From positions 2,520,001-2,552,000 of the forward strand of contig NC_000964.3 of assembly GCF_000009045.1 (NCBI RefSeq): DNA of 32,000 bases, written 5' to 3'. Shown piece after piece: positions 1 to 10,353 of this stretch. Position numbers and translations under genes: made by a program. This stretch comes from Bacillus subtilis subsp. subtilis str. 168 (GTDB taxonomy: Bacteria > Bacillota > Bacilli > Bacillales > Bacillaceae). The number at the start of each line of letters is the position of its first letter. The first letter of the stretch is position 1. Below the pieces are notes generated by a model. It made no database searches. It was given only the letters and a program-made list of their open reading frames with translations, and was not told the origin of the DNA.

Positions 1-382
1 GAAATCCGACGACAAGAACACCGACGGAATGAAGTTTTACACCGATTGATTGTCCGCCAGGTATAACTTTTAAATCAGGAAGAACATGCACTTTTGTTTT
101 TTTAATTGGAAATCCGGCAAGATCATATACCAATTCTGACTCACCTGATTTTTTGCCCGTCACCTTGATTTCATGCGGATCTTTCTTTACTGTAAACGCT
201 TCTGAGGATTCTGATGTCTGAGCGTTTACCGATAAACTCGTTTCAATCGCTTGTGTTTGGGTTTCAAATACTCTCATTTGCGTTGGAATCAGTAAATATT
301 CTTTTAGCGGTTTGCATAAACCTACACTTAATAACGAAACAAGGAGAATTAAACCTACTGCTTTTCTGATGTTATCGGGCAT
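1..382 (-). CDS. spoIVB: SpoIVB stage IV sporulation serine peptidase, N-terminal part (gene runs off the left edge)
   Basis: Minus-strand translation from ATG at 382 gives [44 protein letters not shown]...[55 protein letters not shown], matching the recalled SpoIVB N-terminus. It sits next to recN as in B. subtilis. Confidence 0.93.
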
Positions 383-529
383 TCACTACTTCACTCTCCT
401 CGCTCCTATCCCACACCTTCTTTATGACTTGCTGCTACATCATTTAATTTTGCCTTCTGACGGCTTATTTATAACTGTCATATGAAGAAAAACATTGGAT
501 ATACTGATGAACGAATGGATGTGCACGAA

Positions 530-562
530 AAAAATAAGCTGCGCTTCTCGCGCAGCTTACCC
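530..562 (-). terminator. Rho-independent terminator of recN, overlapping the recN stop codon
   Basis: Minus strand TAAGCTGCGCgagaaGCGCAGCTTATTTTTTTC: near-perfect stem followed by a T-run. Confidence 0.85.
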
Positions 563-2287
563 AGTTGTTTTGACTTGATCCGCTTGTTTTAAAAGTTCTT
601 TCGCATGGCGTTTCGTTAAGTCGGTTACTTCGACACCTGCAATCATGCGCCCGATTTCCGCTACCTTTTCCTGCTTAGAGAGCGGCTTGACACGTGTCGT
701 CGTTCTGCCGTCTTTTAACTCCTTCGCAATATAAAGATGCGTATCGGCCATGGCAGCCACCTGAGGCAGGTGTGTAATGCACAGCACTTGTGATCCTATT
801 GACACCTTATGGATCTTCTCAGCAATTGCCTGTGCGACCCTGCCGCTTACACCGGTATCAACCTCGTCAAAAATGATCGATGTCACATCCTGTTGTGAGG
901 AAAAAATGCTTTTTATGGCAAGCATCACCCGTGACAGCTCTCCACCTGAAGCGACTTTCGAAAGGGATTTCAGCGGCTCGCCTGTATTGGTTGAAATTAA
1001 AAACTTCACCAGGTCAATCCCTTGTTCAGTCAGCTGAACGGGCTGGCCGTTTACAAGCGGCGCCTCTTCATTGCGTGACGCTGTTCTGACCTTAAATTCC
1101 GTATCAAAAGTTGATTTTTCCATGTACAGGCTTTTTAATTCCCGATGAATCTCATCAGCCAGCTTTTTCGCCCATGTTTTTCGGATTTGTGACACATTTG
1201 CCGCTTCCACTGCGACATCTTTGCCGACGGAGTCAAGCTCCTTTTTCAAGCTTTGAAGGTGGCTGTCCCTGTTTTCAATTTGGTCAATCTCTTCTTCAAT
1301 TTTAGAAGCATATTCCAAAATGTCTTCAACAGTGGCACCGTATTTTCGTTTCAGCTGTTTGATTTCATTAAGTCGCGTCTCAATATAGTTCAGGCGTTCC
1401 GGATCAAATTCAAGCTCATCCAGCATATTTCTCATCTGAAATGTGGCATCCTCAAGCAAATAGTAGGAGTTCGAAACACTTTCAGACATTTTTTTCAGCG
1501 GTTCGTTTATATCAGATATATCTTCAAGCTGCGCTGATGCCATTCCAACCCAGTCCAATCCGCCCTGCTCACTGCGAAGCGCGTTATATGCATTTTGCAG
1601 CGACTCATATATCTTCTCAAAGTTTGAAATTTGCTGGCGCTCTTCTTGGAGCTGTTCATCTTCGTTAAGCTCAAGCTTTGCCGATTCGATTTCTTCGAGC
1701 TGAAATTGAATAAGATCAAGACGATGGGCCATTTCCTGTTCGCTTTCAGAAAGCTGCTTAAGCTTTTTGAGCAGCTTCACATACCGCTGGTACCCTTCCT
1801 GATACGTTTTGAGCGCGCTTTCCACTTCGGCCCCGGCAAACTTGTCCAAAAGCTGGAGATGATTTTCGTCTTCCATTAACAGCTGGTTATCGTGCTGCCC
1901 GTGAATATCTAATAAAAGCCTGCCGATCTCTCTTAGTGAAGCAATCGTGACAAGCTTGCCATTGACACGGCAAACGCTTTTCCCGCTCGTGCTGATATCC
2001 CTTCTCATGACGATCATTTCGTCTGAAACGTCGATTCCCTGCTCAGCGCATACGCCTAAAACAGGATGGCCGCTCTCCAACAGAAACAGCCCTTCAAGTT
2101 CGGCTTTTGCTTCCCCATATCTAACAAATTCAGATGATCCGCGGCCTCCGACTAAAAGAGAAATGGCATCTATGATGATGGATTTGCCGGCTCCGGTTTC
2201 TCCTGTTAAAACCGTAAGCCCGCGTTCAAAAGAAACCGTCAGTTCCTCAATAATGGCAAAGTTTTTAATCGATAGTTCAGCTAACAA
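557..2287 (-). CDS. recN: DNA repair protein RecN (SMC-like ATPase)
   Basis: 576 aa ORF with N-terminal Walker A (GETGAGKSI), C-terminal LSGGE-like signature (ASGGELSRVMLA) and Walker B (TSIIFDEVDTGVSG). Adjacent to argR. Confidence 0.97.
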   Translation of the reverse strand: MLAELSIKNFAIIEELTVSFERGLTVLTGETGAGKSIIIDAISLLVGGRGSSEFVRYGEAKAELEGLFLLESGHPVLGVCAEQGIDVSDEMIVMRRDISTSGKSVCRVNGKLVTIASLREIGRLLLDIHGQHDNQLLMEDENHLQLLDKFAGAEVESALKTYQEGYQRYVKLLKKLKQLSESEQEMAHRLDLIQFQLEEIESAKLELNEDEQLQEERQQISNFEKIYESLQNAYNALRSEQGGLDWVGMASAQLEDISDINEPLKKMSESVSNSYYLLEDATFQMRNMLDELEFDPERLNYIETRLNEIKQLKRKYGATVEDILEYASKIEEEIDQIENRDSHLQSLKKELDSVGKDVAVEAANVSQIRKTWAKKLADEIHRELKSLYMEKSTFDTEFKVRTASRNEEAPLVNGQPVQLTEQGIDLVKFLISTNTGEPLKSLSKVASGGELSRVMLAIKSIFSSQQDVTSIIFDEVDTGVSGRVAQAIAEKIHKVSIGSQVLCITHLPQVAAMADTHLYIAKELKDGRTTTRVKPLSKQEKVAEIGRMIAGVEVTDLTKRHAKELLKQADQVKTTG

Positions 2288-2323
2288 ACAGCATTACACC
2301 TCTTATCTTTGTTAGATTTTCTG

Positions 2324-2773
2324 TTACAGCAGTTCAAGGAGCCTGTTTTTTACGCCTTCTGTATCTTCAGGAGTCCGGCAAATAATTAAAATCGTATCAT
2401 CTCCGCAAATGGTCCCCATCATTTCATCCCAGTCCAAATTGTCCATCAGCGCCCCGATTGCCTGGGCATTGCCCGGCATCGTTTTCAGCACAATCATATG
2501 GCTTGCTGAGTCTATTTTCACAAATGCGTCCATCAATGCCCGCTTTAGCTTTGACAGCGGATTGAAACGCTGGTCCGCCGGAAGACTGTATTTGTAAGAA
2601 CCATTATTTGTAGGCACTTTTACAAGGTGAAGTTCTTTAATATCCCGTGATACCGTGGCCTGCGTTACTTTGTATCCATCCTGCTTTAGCATGTCGACCA
2701 ATTCATCCTGCGTTTCGATTTCATTGCTTGTAATGATCTCTCTGATTTTAATATGCCTCTGGCCTTTGTTCAT
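2324..2773 (-). CDS. ahrC: Arginine repressor/activator AhrC (ArgR family)
   Basis: 149 aa [57 protein letters not shown] with the ArgR winged-helix domain and C-terminal [14 protein letters not shown]. Confidence 0.97.
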   Translation of the reverse strand: MNKGQRHIKIREIITSNEIETQDELVDMLKQDGYKVTQATVSRDIKELHLVKVPTNNGSYKYSLPADQRFNPLSKLKRALMDAFVKIDSASHMIVLKTMPGNAQAIGALMDNLDWDEMMGTICGDDTILIICRTPEDTEGVKNRLLELL

Positions 2774-2846
2774 GTAAGCACCTCTATTTCCAAGCTTATC
2801 TGTTCTTTTATGTTATATGATTCTCTGCACATTGTACATGAATGCA

Positions 2847-2877
2847 GAAAAAAGGAATAATAGCGCCCTATTATTCC
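2847..2877 (-). terminator. Rho-independent terminator overlapping the yqxC stop codon
   Basis: Minus strand GGAATAATAGggcgCTATTATTCCTTTTTTTC: perfect inverted repeat then T-run. Confidence 0.8.
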
Positions 2878-3716
2878 GGTACATCTGCTTTTTTTTCTTT
2901 TAACGTCTTATGTGCTTCTTCTACAACGCGCATGATCTCTTCTTCCGGCAGTTCCTGGCCTTCCTGTCCCTCTCCCGGCCAATGCAAATGAAGGAGAAAC
3001 TCAATATTTCCGTCTCCTCCCGTGATTGGAGAAAATGACAAGCCTTTACAGATATAGCCTTCAGCGGCAGAAAAACTGATCATTCGCTTGAGCACATCAG
3101 CATGCACTTTAGGATCTCTAACAATCCCTTTTTTGCCGACGGATTCCCGTCCCGCTTCAAACTGAGGCTTAACTAAAGCCATGCAGTCGCTGCCCGGTAC
3201 GAGCAAAGTCCTTAGGACAGGCAGGATGAGCCGCAGTGAAATAAAGGACACATCAATTGTGGCAAACTCCGGCATGCCCTTTGTAAAGTCTGCCGGTGTT
3301 GCATAACGAAAGTTCGTCCGTTCCATCACGACGACCCGTTCATCCTGTCTAAGCTTCCATGCAAGCTGATTATAGCCTACATCCACAGCGTATGACTGTT
3401 TAGCTCCATTTTGCAAAGCGCAGTCCGTAAAACCGCCGGTGGAGGAGCCAATATCAATCATAATTTTATCTTTGACAGAGACGGGAAATTCCTTCAACGC
3501 TTTTTCGAGCTTTAAGCCGCCCCTGCTCACATACCTCAGCGGGTTTCCTTTGACAGTTAACGGAAGGTCGCGGTCAATTTTTTCTCCAGGCTTGTCCAAG
3601 CGGTTTTCGTTTGAATAGACGATCCCCGCCATAATGGCTCTTTTGGCTTTTTCACGCGTTTCCGCCAGCCCTCTTTCCACTAATAATACATCTAATCGTT
3701 CTTTCTTTGACGTCAT
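2871..3716 (-). CDS. yqxC: TlyA-family S4-domain/FtsJ-like rRNA 2'-O-methyltransferase (hemolysin A family)
   Basis: 281 aa ORF with N-terminal S4 domain ([27 protein letters not shown]) and FtsJ-like SAM motif ([15 protein letters not shown]). Overlaps the dxs stop region. Confidence 0.93.
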
Positions 3717-5614
3717 GATCCAATTCCTTTGTGTGTCTTTGGTGGCATCAGTAATCTAATACGATTTGCCACCTGCTGTTTTGTCAGTCCAATTTCCTCA
3801 AGAAGCGCTGTTACACTTCCGTGTTCAATAAACCGATCAGGTATACCCATTCTGTCAATCGGAGTATGATATTCACCTTGATCATGAGCGAATTCTAAAA
3901 TCGAGCTTCCGAAACCGCCTTCTAAGACCGCTTCTTCAATTGTTAAAATTGGCAAGCCTTCTTTTAGGATACTCTTCATCATCTTTTCATCAATCGGCTT
4001 AATAAAACGCGCATTCACAACGCGCACGGAAAGGCCTTCTTTCTGCAGCTCTTCGGCTGCTTCAATCGCCATTTCGATTGTTGTGCCGAATGTTAAGATG
4101 ACAGCATCGTTCCCTGGACGCAGCACCTCCCACGTACCGATCGGAATCGTTTTCAACTGTTCATCCATTTTTACGCCGAGTCCGTTTCCGCGCGGAAAAC
4201 GCATTGCTATCGGGCCTTCGTCATAGCTAAGTGCTGTATGAACCATGTGCTGGCCTTCATTTTCGTCTTTCGGCATCATTAAGACCATGTTTGGAATGTG
4301 GCGCATAAACGCAATATCAAACACGCCTTGATGTGTCTCTCCATCAGCGCCAACGAGTCCAGCACGGTCAATTCCAATAAACACATTAGCGTTTTGGCGG
4401 CAGATGTCATGAACAACTTGGTCATATGCCCTTTGCAGGAAGGTTGAGTAAATCGCCAAAAACGGCTTCATACCCTGCATTGCCATAGCTGCAGCCATTG
4501 TTGCGGCATGCTGTTCTGCGATTCCTACGTCGAACATCCGGTCAGGGAATTCCTTTGCGAAGCCTTCAAGCTTTGAACCGACAGGCATAGCCGGCGTAAT
4601 GGCTACAATGCGTCCGTCCTCGCGCGCCATTCGCTGCACAGTTCCGCTGACAAGACCGCTCCACGAAGGAGCTGCGGCTTTCGGCTTTACAAAGTCACCG
4701 GTATTAATTTTATATGGTCCGGTACCATGCCATGTCCCAATCGTATCGGTCTCAGCCGGTTTGTACCCCTTCCCTTTTTTCGTAATGACGTGCAGAAGAA
4801 CAGGGCCTTTCGTTTTTTTGGCGTATTGAAGATTCTCAATCAGCTCATGATAAGAATGTCCGTCCACTGGGCCCAAATACGTAAAACCGAGCTCCTCGAA
4901 AAACATTCCGGAGACGAGCATGTATTTCAGGCTGTCTTTGACCCGTTCCGCCGTGGCGGCAAGCTTGCCCCCAACTGCCGGAATCTTTTTAAATAAGTAT
5001 TCAAGCTCATCTTTGACCCACTGGTATTTCCCCGCAGTGCGGAGCCGTCCGAGCATAGAGTGAATGGCACCGACGTTTGGCGCAATACTCATTTCATTAT
5101 CATTAAGGATGACAATCATGTCTTTTTTCTCGTCGCCGATGTGGTTAAGGGCTTCGAGCGCCATACCGCCGGTCAGCGCGCCGTCACCAATGATCGGAAT
5201 AATATATTCATCCGTTCCTTTAATATCACGGGCAGCTGCCATTCCCATCGCGCCTGACAGAGAAGTCGAGCTGTGCCCGGTTTCCCAAACATCGTGCTCG
5301 CTTTCACTCCGCTTTGGAAATCCGCAAAGCCCTTTGTACTGGCGAAGCGTCGCAAATTCTTTTCCGCGTCCTGTCAGCAGCTTATGGACATACGACTGAT
5401 GGCCTACATCCCATAAAAATTTGTCTTTCGGGCTGTTAAATTCCTTATGCAGGGCAACAGTAAGCTCTACGACACCTAAGTTTGGGCCGATGTGGCCGCC
5501 GGAAGCGGATAAACTTGTAATTAAAAACTGACGGATTTCATCACTTAATTTCTCTAATTCATCAATGGACATGTTTTTTAAAAACGACGGGTCCTGTATT
5601 GATAAAAGATCCAA
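3713..5614 (-). CDS. dxs: 1-deoxy-D-xylulose-5-phosphate synthase
   Basis: 633 aa ORF with thiamine-diphosphate enzyme motifs ([31 protein letters not shown]) and transketolase C-terminal half. Start codon is TTG. Confidence 0.97.
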
Positions 5615-5746
5615 AGCGGATCAACTCACTTTCAGCATGAATTTCTGCAATGATACATGTCTTTTGCATGCCGAGCTGACAATAATCTCAGACATAAAAA
5701 AAGACAAACGCGCTTTTCCTTTTCATTTTTCATATAAACTGCTTAC

Positions 5747-5776
5747 ATTTTACCATACCTCGTGCAGCCGCTTCAA
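5747..5776 (-). promoter_or_regulatory. Candidate sigma-A promoter for dxs in the ispA-dxs gap
   Basis: Minus strand TTGAAG (5776-5771), 18 nt spacer, TAAAAT (5752-5747) preceded by TGG (extended -10). Confidence 0.45.
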
Positions 5777-5788
5777 ATTAGGATCGTT

Positions 5789-6679
5789 TTAGTGATCTCT
5801 TGCCGCAATTAAATCACAAAGCTCATATAAAAGGTCTTTTTGAAGAGAGAGTCCGCCGATCAATCGCTTCGCCTCTTTTATATGAACATCCAATTTATGT
5901 TTGGCCCCTTCCAATGAAAGAAGCGACGGGTATGTCGATTTGTCATTTGTGGTATCCGAGCCGACACGTTTGCCGATTTTCTCTTCACTGCCTTCTAAAT
6001 CTAAAATATCGTCTCTGATTTGAAATCCGATTCCAATGTGGCTGCTGAAGGTACGCAGTGTTTCAATGTCTTCCTCAGGCGCATCAGCCAAAATAGCACC
6101 GGCGATTACACAAAAGCCAAGGAGCTTGGCAGTTTTCCGTTCATGAATGGATTCGAGCTCTTCAAGCGTGACTTGTCGGTTTTCCGCTTCCATATCAGCT
6201 ACTTGCCCACCGACCATGCCTTCGGTGCCTGCCGCTGAAATCAGTTCATTCACAAGCCGCAGGCGCTTTTCTGCTGACACCTCGTCTGACACGTGGGAGG
6301 TAATCAGCTTAAAGCTTTCTGTGAGCAGCCCGTCACCCGCTAATACTGCCGTCGCTTCACCAAACACTTTATGGTTTGTCGGCTTCCCGCGGCGCAAATC
6401 GTCATCATCCATGCATGGAAGATCATCATGAATTAACGAATACGTGTGAATCATTTCGACAGCACAGCCCACCGGAATGCCGTCTTTTTCGCTTTTTCCA
6501 TATGCATTTAAAACAGCCAGTACAATCAGAGGCCGCAACCGCTTTCCGCCGGCCTGTAGAGAATATAGCATAGATTTCTTTAATGAGTCCGGCATATCAA
6601 GCTTTTCTGTATAGACAGAAAGCTGATTTTCAATTGTTTTTTTCCGGTCCGCCAGAAAGCTCGTTAATTTATTTGTCAC
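5789..6679 (-). CDS. ispA: Farnesyl diphosphate / polyprenyl synthase
   Basis: Track ORF 5789..6700. The recalled protein starts [14 protein letters not shown] (GTG, 296 aa), so I place the start at 6679. Has both aspartate-rich motifs ([10 protein letters not shown] and DDILD). Confidence 0.93.
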
Positions 6680-6923
6680 CTTCGTCTTCCTCCTGAACAC
6701 TGAAAGGTGCCAGTTCGCCGTCTTCTTTTAAAATGAAGTCCATTTGCTTTTCGACTTTTTGCAGCTTTTCATGGCACATTTTTGACAGAGCCATGCCTTC
6801 TTGGAAATAGTTAATGGCTTGCTCTAGAGGCACATCTCCCTCTTCAAGCTTTGATACAATGCTCTCAAGCCCTTTCATCGCTTCTTCAAATGTCATGTTT
6901 TCATTTTTTTTCACGTCTGTCAT
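6669..6923 (-). CDS. xseB: Exodeoxyribonuclease VII small subunit
   Basis: 84 aa [53 protein letters not shown], typical XseB. Overlaps the xseA stop by 4 nt. Confidence 0.96.
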
Positions 6924-8266
6924 TTTTCTTCCCCTCTCTTTTCTAATACTTCACAGGTCAGCACGCCATCCTTCAGCTTGATTTCAAGCCGGTCCTGCTC
7001 TTCTATTTGACTGACACTTTTAATGAGTTTATCTTCTTTATAAGCCAAGCTGTATCCTCTTTCCATCACTTGAAGAGGACTTAGTGCATTCAGCTTGCCA
7101 AGAACGGTTTGAAATTGGGAATGCAGCTGCTTCATTTGGATATTCATATTTTTTCTCAGCTGATTTGTTTGTTCCTGGTATCGTGTTCTCGCTTGTTTCA
7201 GCTGTTCATGAGGATGCAATGCCTCTAATCTGTACGTTTCACGCTCCAGCTGTCTGCTTTTCCGATCTAAAAGAGCGGTCAGCTGTGCTTGAAACTGCTG
7301 GTACGCGAGGTCAAACTGCTGCTCTTTTTGCGCATACAAACGCTTTGGAAAACGAAAGGCATAGGACGATTGCAGCGTTTGTATCCGTTCTTTTTTCTGG
7401 CCGAGATGCTGCTGCATTGCTCTTGTCATTCTGACTTCCGCTGTTTTTGTCCGTTCGATTAAATCAGTGGTATGAGGCACAGCAATCTCAGCTGCTCCTG
7501 TCGGCGTCGCAGCTCTGATATCGGCGACAAAATCACTAATCGTAAAATCCGTCTCATGTCCGACTGCCGATATAATCGGAATATTGGAAGCAAAGATGGC
7601 GCGTGCTACAATTTCTTCATTGAATGCCCACAGTTCTTCTATCGAACCGCCGCCTCTCCCGACAATTAATACGTCGCAAATCTCTTTTTCATTTGCCTCT
7701 TCAATGCGCGTAACGATGGATCTGCTCGCATTTTCACCTTGTACGAGCGCTGGAAGAACAATGACTTTTACAAGGGGATATCTTCTTTTTAGAGTTGTAA
7801 TAACGTCTCTGACAGCGGCACCCGTTGGAGATGTCACAACCCCGATTGTGGCTGGAAATGCGGGGATTTGTTTTTTGTAGCGGTCGTCAAATAAACCTTC
7901 TCCGGCAAGCTTCTTTTTTAATTCTTCGTACGCTAAATAAAGCGCTCCAACCCCGTCAGGCTGCATTTCTTTGGCATATAATTGATAGTTTCCGCTCGGT
8001 TCATATACGGAAATTCCGCCTCTGACCAGCACTTTCATTCCGTTTTCAGGTTTAAAAGGCAGACGCTCGCTTTGTCTCGCGAACATCACCGACTGCATTC
8101 TTGCGTTTTCGTCTTTTAAAGTGAAATAAATATGCCCTCGTGTGTGTATCTTTACATTCGACAATTCGCCTTTAATCCAAATATTTTCAAGGTGAGGATC
8201 TACATCGAATTTTCGTTTTATATACTTTGTCAGCGCTGAGACGGTCACATACGCTGCTTCACCCAT
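6920..8266 (-). CDS. xseA: Exodeoxyribonuclease VII large subunit
   Basis: Track ORF 6920..8302. The conserved protein begins [21 protein letters not shown] (448 aa), start 8266. Has OB-fold wHTH region and catalytic [14 protein letters not shown]. Confidence 0.93.
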
Positions 8267-8307
8267 GTCTAAAAACTCCTCTCCTAAGCATTCCTGCACC
8301 ATAACTA

Positions 8308-8350
8308 AAGAAAACCCGCCCTGGCTTTAGGAGCCTGAAGAAGCGGGTAT
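8308..8350 (-). terminator. Probable Rho-independent terminator/attenuator between folD and xseA
   Basis: Minus strand ACCCGCttcttcaGGCTcctaaAGCCagGGCGGGTTTTCTTT: nested stem followed by a U-rich tract. Confidence 0.6.
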
Positions 8351-8403
8351 CGTGCTCATATTCAAGGCGGGTAAACATTTCGCCTGTGAATATCTCCAAT
8401 TAT

Positions 8404-9255
8404 CTATGATAACGTACGTTTCGCAGATTTAACAGTATTATGCGCAAGCATCGTGATGGTCATCGGACCTACTCCGCCCGGAACCGGCGTTATGAAGGAC
8501 GCTTTTTCCTTTGCCCCTTCAAATTCAACGTCTCCGCAAAGCTTTCCGTTTTCCAGACGGTTAACGCCGACGTCAATGACAACAGCGCCCTCTTTGATCT
8601 GGTCTGCACTGATGAAGTTGGCTCTGCCGACTGCCACCACCAGGATGTCCGCTTTTTTCGTATGTTCAGTAATATTTTCTGTTCTTGAATGACAGTAAGT
8701 AACCGTCGCGTTTTCATTTAATAAAAGCTGGCCGACAGGTTTGCCGACAATGTTGCTTCGGCCGACTACAACAACCTCTTTACCGGAAAGGTCAATATTG
8801 GTTTTCTTCAAAAGCTCAACAATTCCATGAGGCGTGCAAGGAAGAAACGTATCTTCGCCAAGCAGCATTTTCCCTACGTTTAACGGATGAAAACCGTCTA
8901 CATCTTTATCAGGGGAGATACGTTCGATCACCGCTTTTTCAGAAATATGGTCTGGGAGCGGAAGCTGAACGAGAATGCCATGAAACTCAGGGTCTTGGTT
9001 ATATTGATCAATAATGGAAAGCAGTTCAGCTTCTGTGAGGCTGCTGTCAAATTGATCGAGCTTGAAATTCATTCCCATTGTTTCTGCCGCTTTTTTCTTT
9101 CCTCGCACGTAAGAGTGAGAAGCAGGATCATCTCCAATCAAAATAACCGCCAGTCCGGGAGTGACGCCTTGCTTTTTAAGCTCTTCTACCTCTTTTGCCA
9201 ATTGTTCGCGTTTTTCTCTAGCCGTTTCTTTTCCGTCGATGATTGTTGCAGTCAT
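8404..9255 (-). CDS. folD: Bifunctional methylenetetrahydrofolate dehydrogenase / methenyltetrahydrofolate cyclohydrolase
   Basis: 283 aa ORF with the FolD signatures [26 protein letters not shown] and [12 protein letters not shown]. Confidence 0.98.
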   Translation of the reverse strand: MTATIIDGKETAREKREQLAKEVEELKKQGVTPGLAVILIGDDPASHSYVRGKKKAAETMGMNFKLDQFDSSLTEAELLSIIDQYNQDPEFHGILVQLPLPDHISEKAVIERISPDKDVDGFHPLNVGKMLLGEDTFLPCTPHGIVELLKKTNIDLSGKEVVVVGRSNIVGKPVGQLLLNENATVTYCHSRTENITEHTKKADILVVAVGRANFISADQIKEGAVVIDVGVNRLENGKLCGDVEFEGAKEKASFITPVPGGVGPMTITMLAHNTVKSAKRTLS

Positions 9256-9266
9256 TTTCTTTCCTC

Positions 9267-9662
9267 CTATGATTGTTCAATATCAGATTTAATGTTAGAA
9301 AGAACCCCGTTTACAAACTTTGTCGCTTTGTCATCACCAAACCGTTTTGCCAGCTCAATCGCTTCGTTCATGGAGACATTCACCGGAATGTCTTCGGCAT
9401 ATGCCATTTCATATGCTGCCAGGCGCAAAATCGCACGGTCAACATTGGCAATCCGATCGAGCTTCCAATTCACCAGATGCTTGGAGATCATTTCATCCAG
9501 CTGGTCTTGGTGTTCCAATACCCCGTGTACAAGCTGTTCAAAGAAAGGATCTGTTTTTTCTTCATCCAGTGCGTGTTCTATGGCTTCATTCACTGCAATA
9601 TCGCTGACATCAATTTGAAATAGTGCCTGCAAAGCTTTTTCTCTTGCTGTTCTTCTTTTCAT
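9267..9662 (-). CDS. nusB: Transcription antitermination factor NusB
   Basis: 131 aa [23 protein letters not shown]...[44 protein letters not shown], typical NusB. Confidence 0.97.
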
Positions 9663-9713
9663 TTTCTTTCTCCTTTGATCCTCTTTATCCGCTTGTCGTT
9701 AAGCCACAAAGAG

Positions 9714-9722
9714 ATCATAACA
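9714..9722 (-). promoter_or_regulatory. Candidate extended -10 element for nusB-folD
   Basis: Minus strand TGTTATGAT (TGn + TATGAT, 9719-9714). The -35 is weak, consistent with an extended -10 promoter. Confidence 0.5.
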
Positions 9723-9767
9723 TATTTTTTTCGTATCCGCATATTGAAATCAAGGTTTTTTTACCCT

Positions 9768-9811
9768 ATTACCGAATATTTTCACACACCTTAATATGAT
9801 TATTCGGATTT
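9768..9811 (-). promoter_or_regulatory. PurR operator (two divergently oriented PurBoxes) upstream of nusB-folD
   Basis: ATTACCGAATATT (9768-9780) and, on the other strand, AAATCCGAATAAT (9811-9799). Both fit the PurBox AWWWCCGAACWWT with one mismatch and are separated by 18 nt. Confidence 0.8.
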
Positions 9812-9817
9812 CACGTT

Positions 9818-9856
9818 CATGAAGAAACTCGGCTATGTAAGCCGGCTTTCTTCATG
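9818..9856. repeat. Long inverted repeat (hairpin) in the yqhY-nusB intergenic region
   Basis: CATGAAGAAA-c-TCGGCT-atgta-AGCCGG-c-TTTCTTCATG: 10 bp + mismatch + 6 bp stem with 5 nt loop and no adjacent T-run. Confidence 0.8.
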
Positions 9857-9879
9857 CTTTGAAATAAAGGGTAACGTGT

Positions 9880-9913
9880 AAAAAAACCAAAGGGCCGCCC
9901 TCCCCTTGGTTTC
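9880..9913 (-). terminator. Rho-independent terminator of accB-accC-yqhY
   Basis: Minus strand AAACCAAGGGGAGGGCGGCCCTTTGGTTTTTTTA: CCAAgGGG/CCCttTGG stem and T-run. Confidence 0.8.
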
Positions 9914-9925
9914 GTGTTAAGCCAT

Positions 9926-10333
9926 TTACATTTCTTCGTCGATTTGGACTTCTTGGGCTTTTGTGTCAAATTGAATGCCGACGATGTGAATATTGATCTC
10001 GTTAATCGAAAGAGACGTCATATTTAATAAGGTTTGACGAATGTTTTCCTGAACGGATGCTGCAACTTTCGGAATCGAAACGCCAAATGTAACGACACAG
10101 TATACATCGATCGTAATTCCGTCATCCGCCAGGTCGACTTTGACACCTTTGCCATGATTCACTTTGCCAAAGCGCTCAACGACGCCTGTCGCAAAGTTTC
10201 CGCGCATTTCGGCAACTCCATCAACTTCTGATGCTGCAATGCCGGCAATGACCTCAATGACCTCCGGTGCAATCTCAACCTTACCCAAATGCGTATCTTC
10301 GTGATCCATTTTAAGCAAGCTGTTGTCTTTCAT
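9926..10333 (-). CDS. yqhY: Asp23/Gls24 (DUF322) family protein YqhY
   Basis: 135 aa ORF with GKVEIAPEVIEVIAGIAASEVDGVAEM and VNEINIHIVGIQF-like Asp23 family pattern. Immediately downstream of accC. Confidence 0.93.
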   Translation of the reverse strand: MKDNSLLKMDHEDTHLGKVEIAPEVIEVIAGIAASEVDGVAEMRGNFATGVVERFGKVNHGKGVKVDLADDGITIDVYCVVTFGVSIPKVAASVQENIRQTLLNMTSLSINEINIHIVGIQFDTKAQEVQIDEEM

Positions 10334-10353
10334 TCAATTCACCTCCGTAAAAA

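Noticed and set aside
383-556. Possible sigma-F/sigma-G promoter upstream of spoIVB (GTATA-15-CATATGA on the minus strand near 485-510)
   Set aside because: The match and spacing are imperfect for either consensus. A forespore promoter is expected from literature but I cannot place it confidently from sequence alone.
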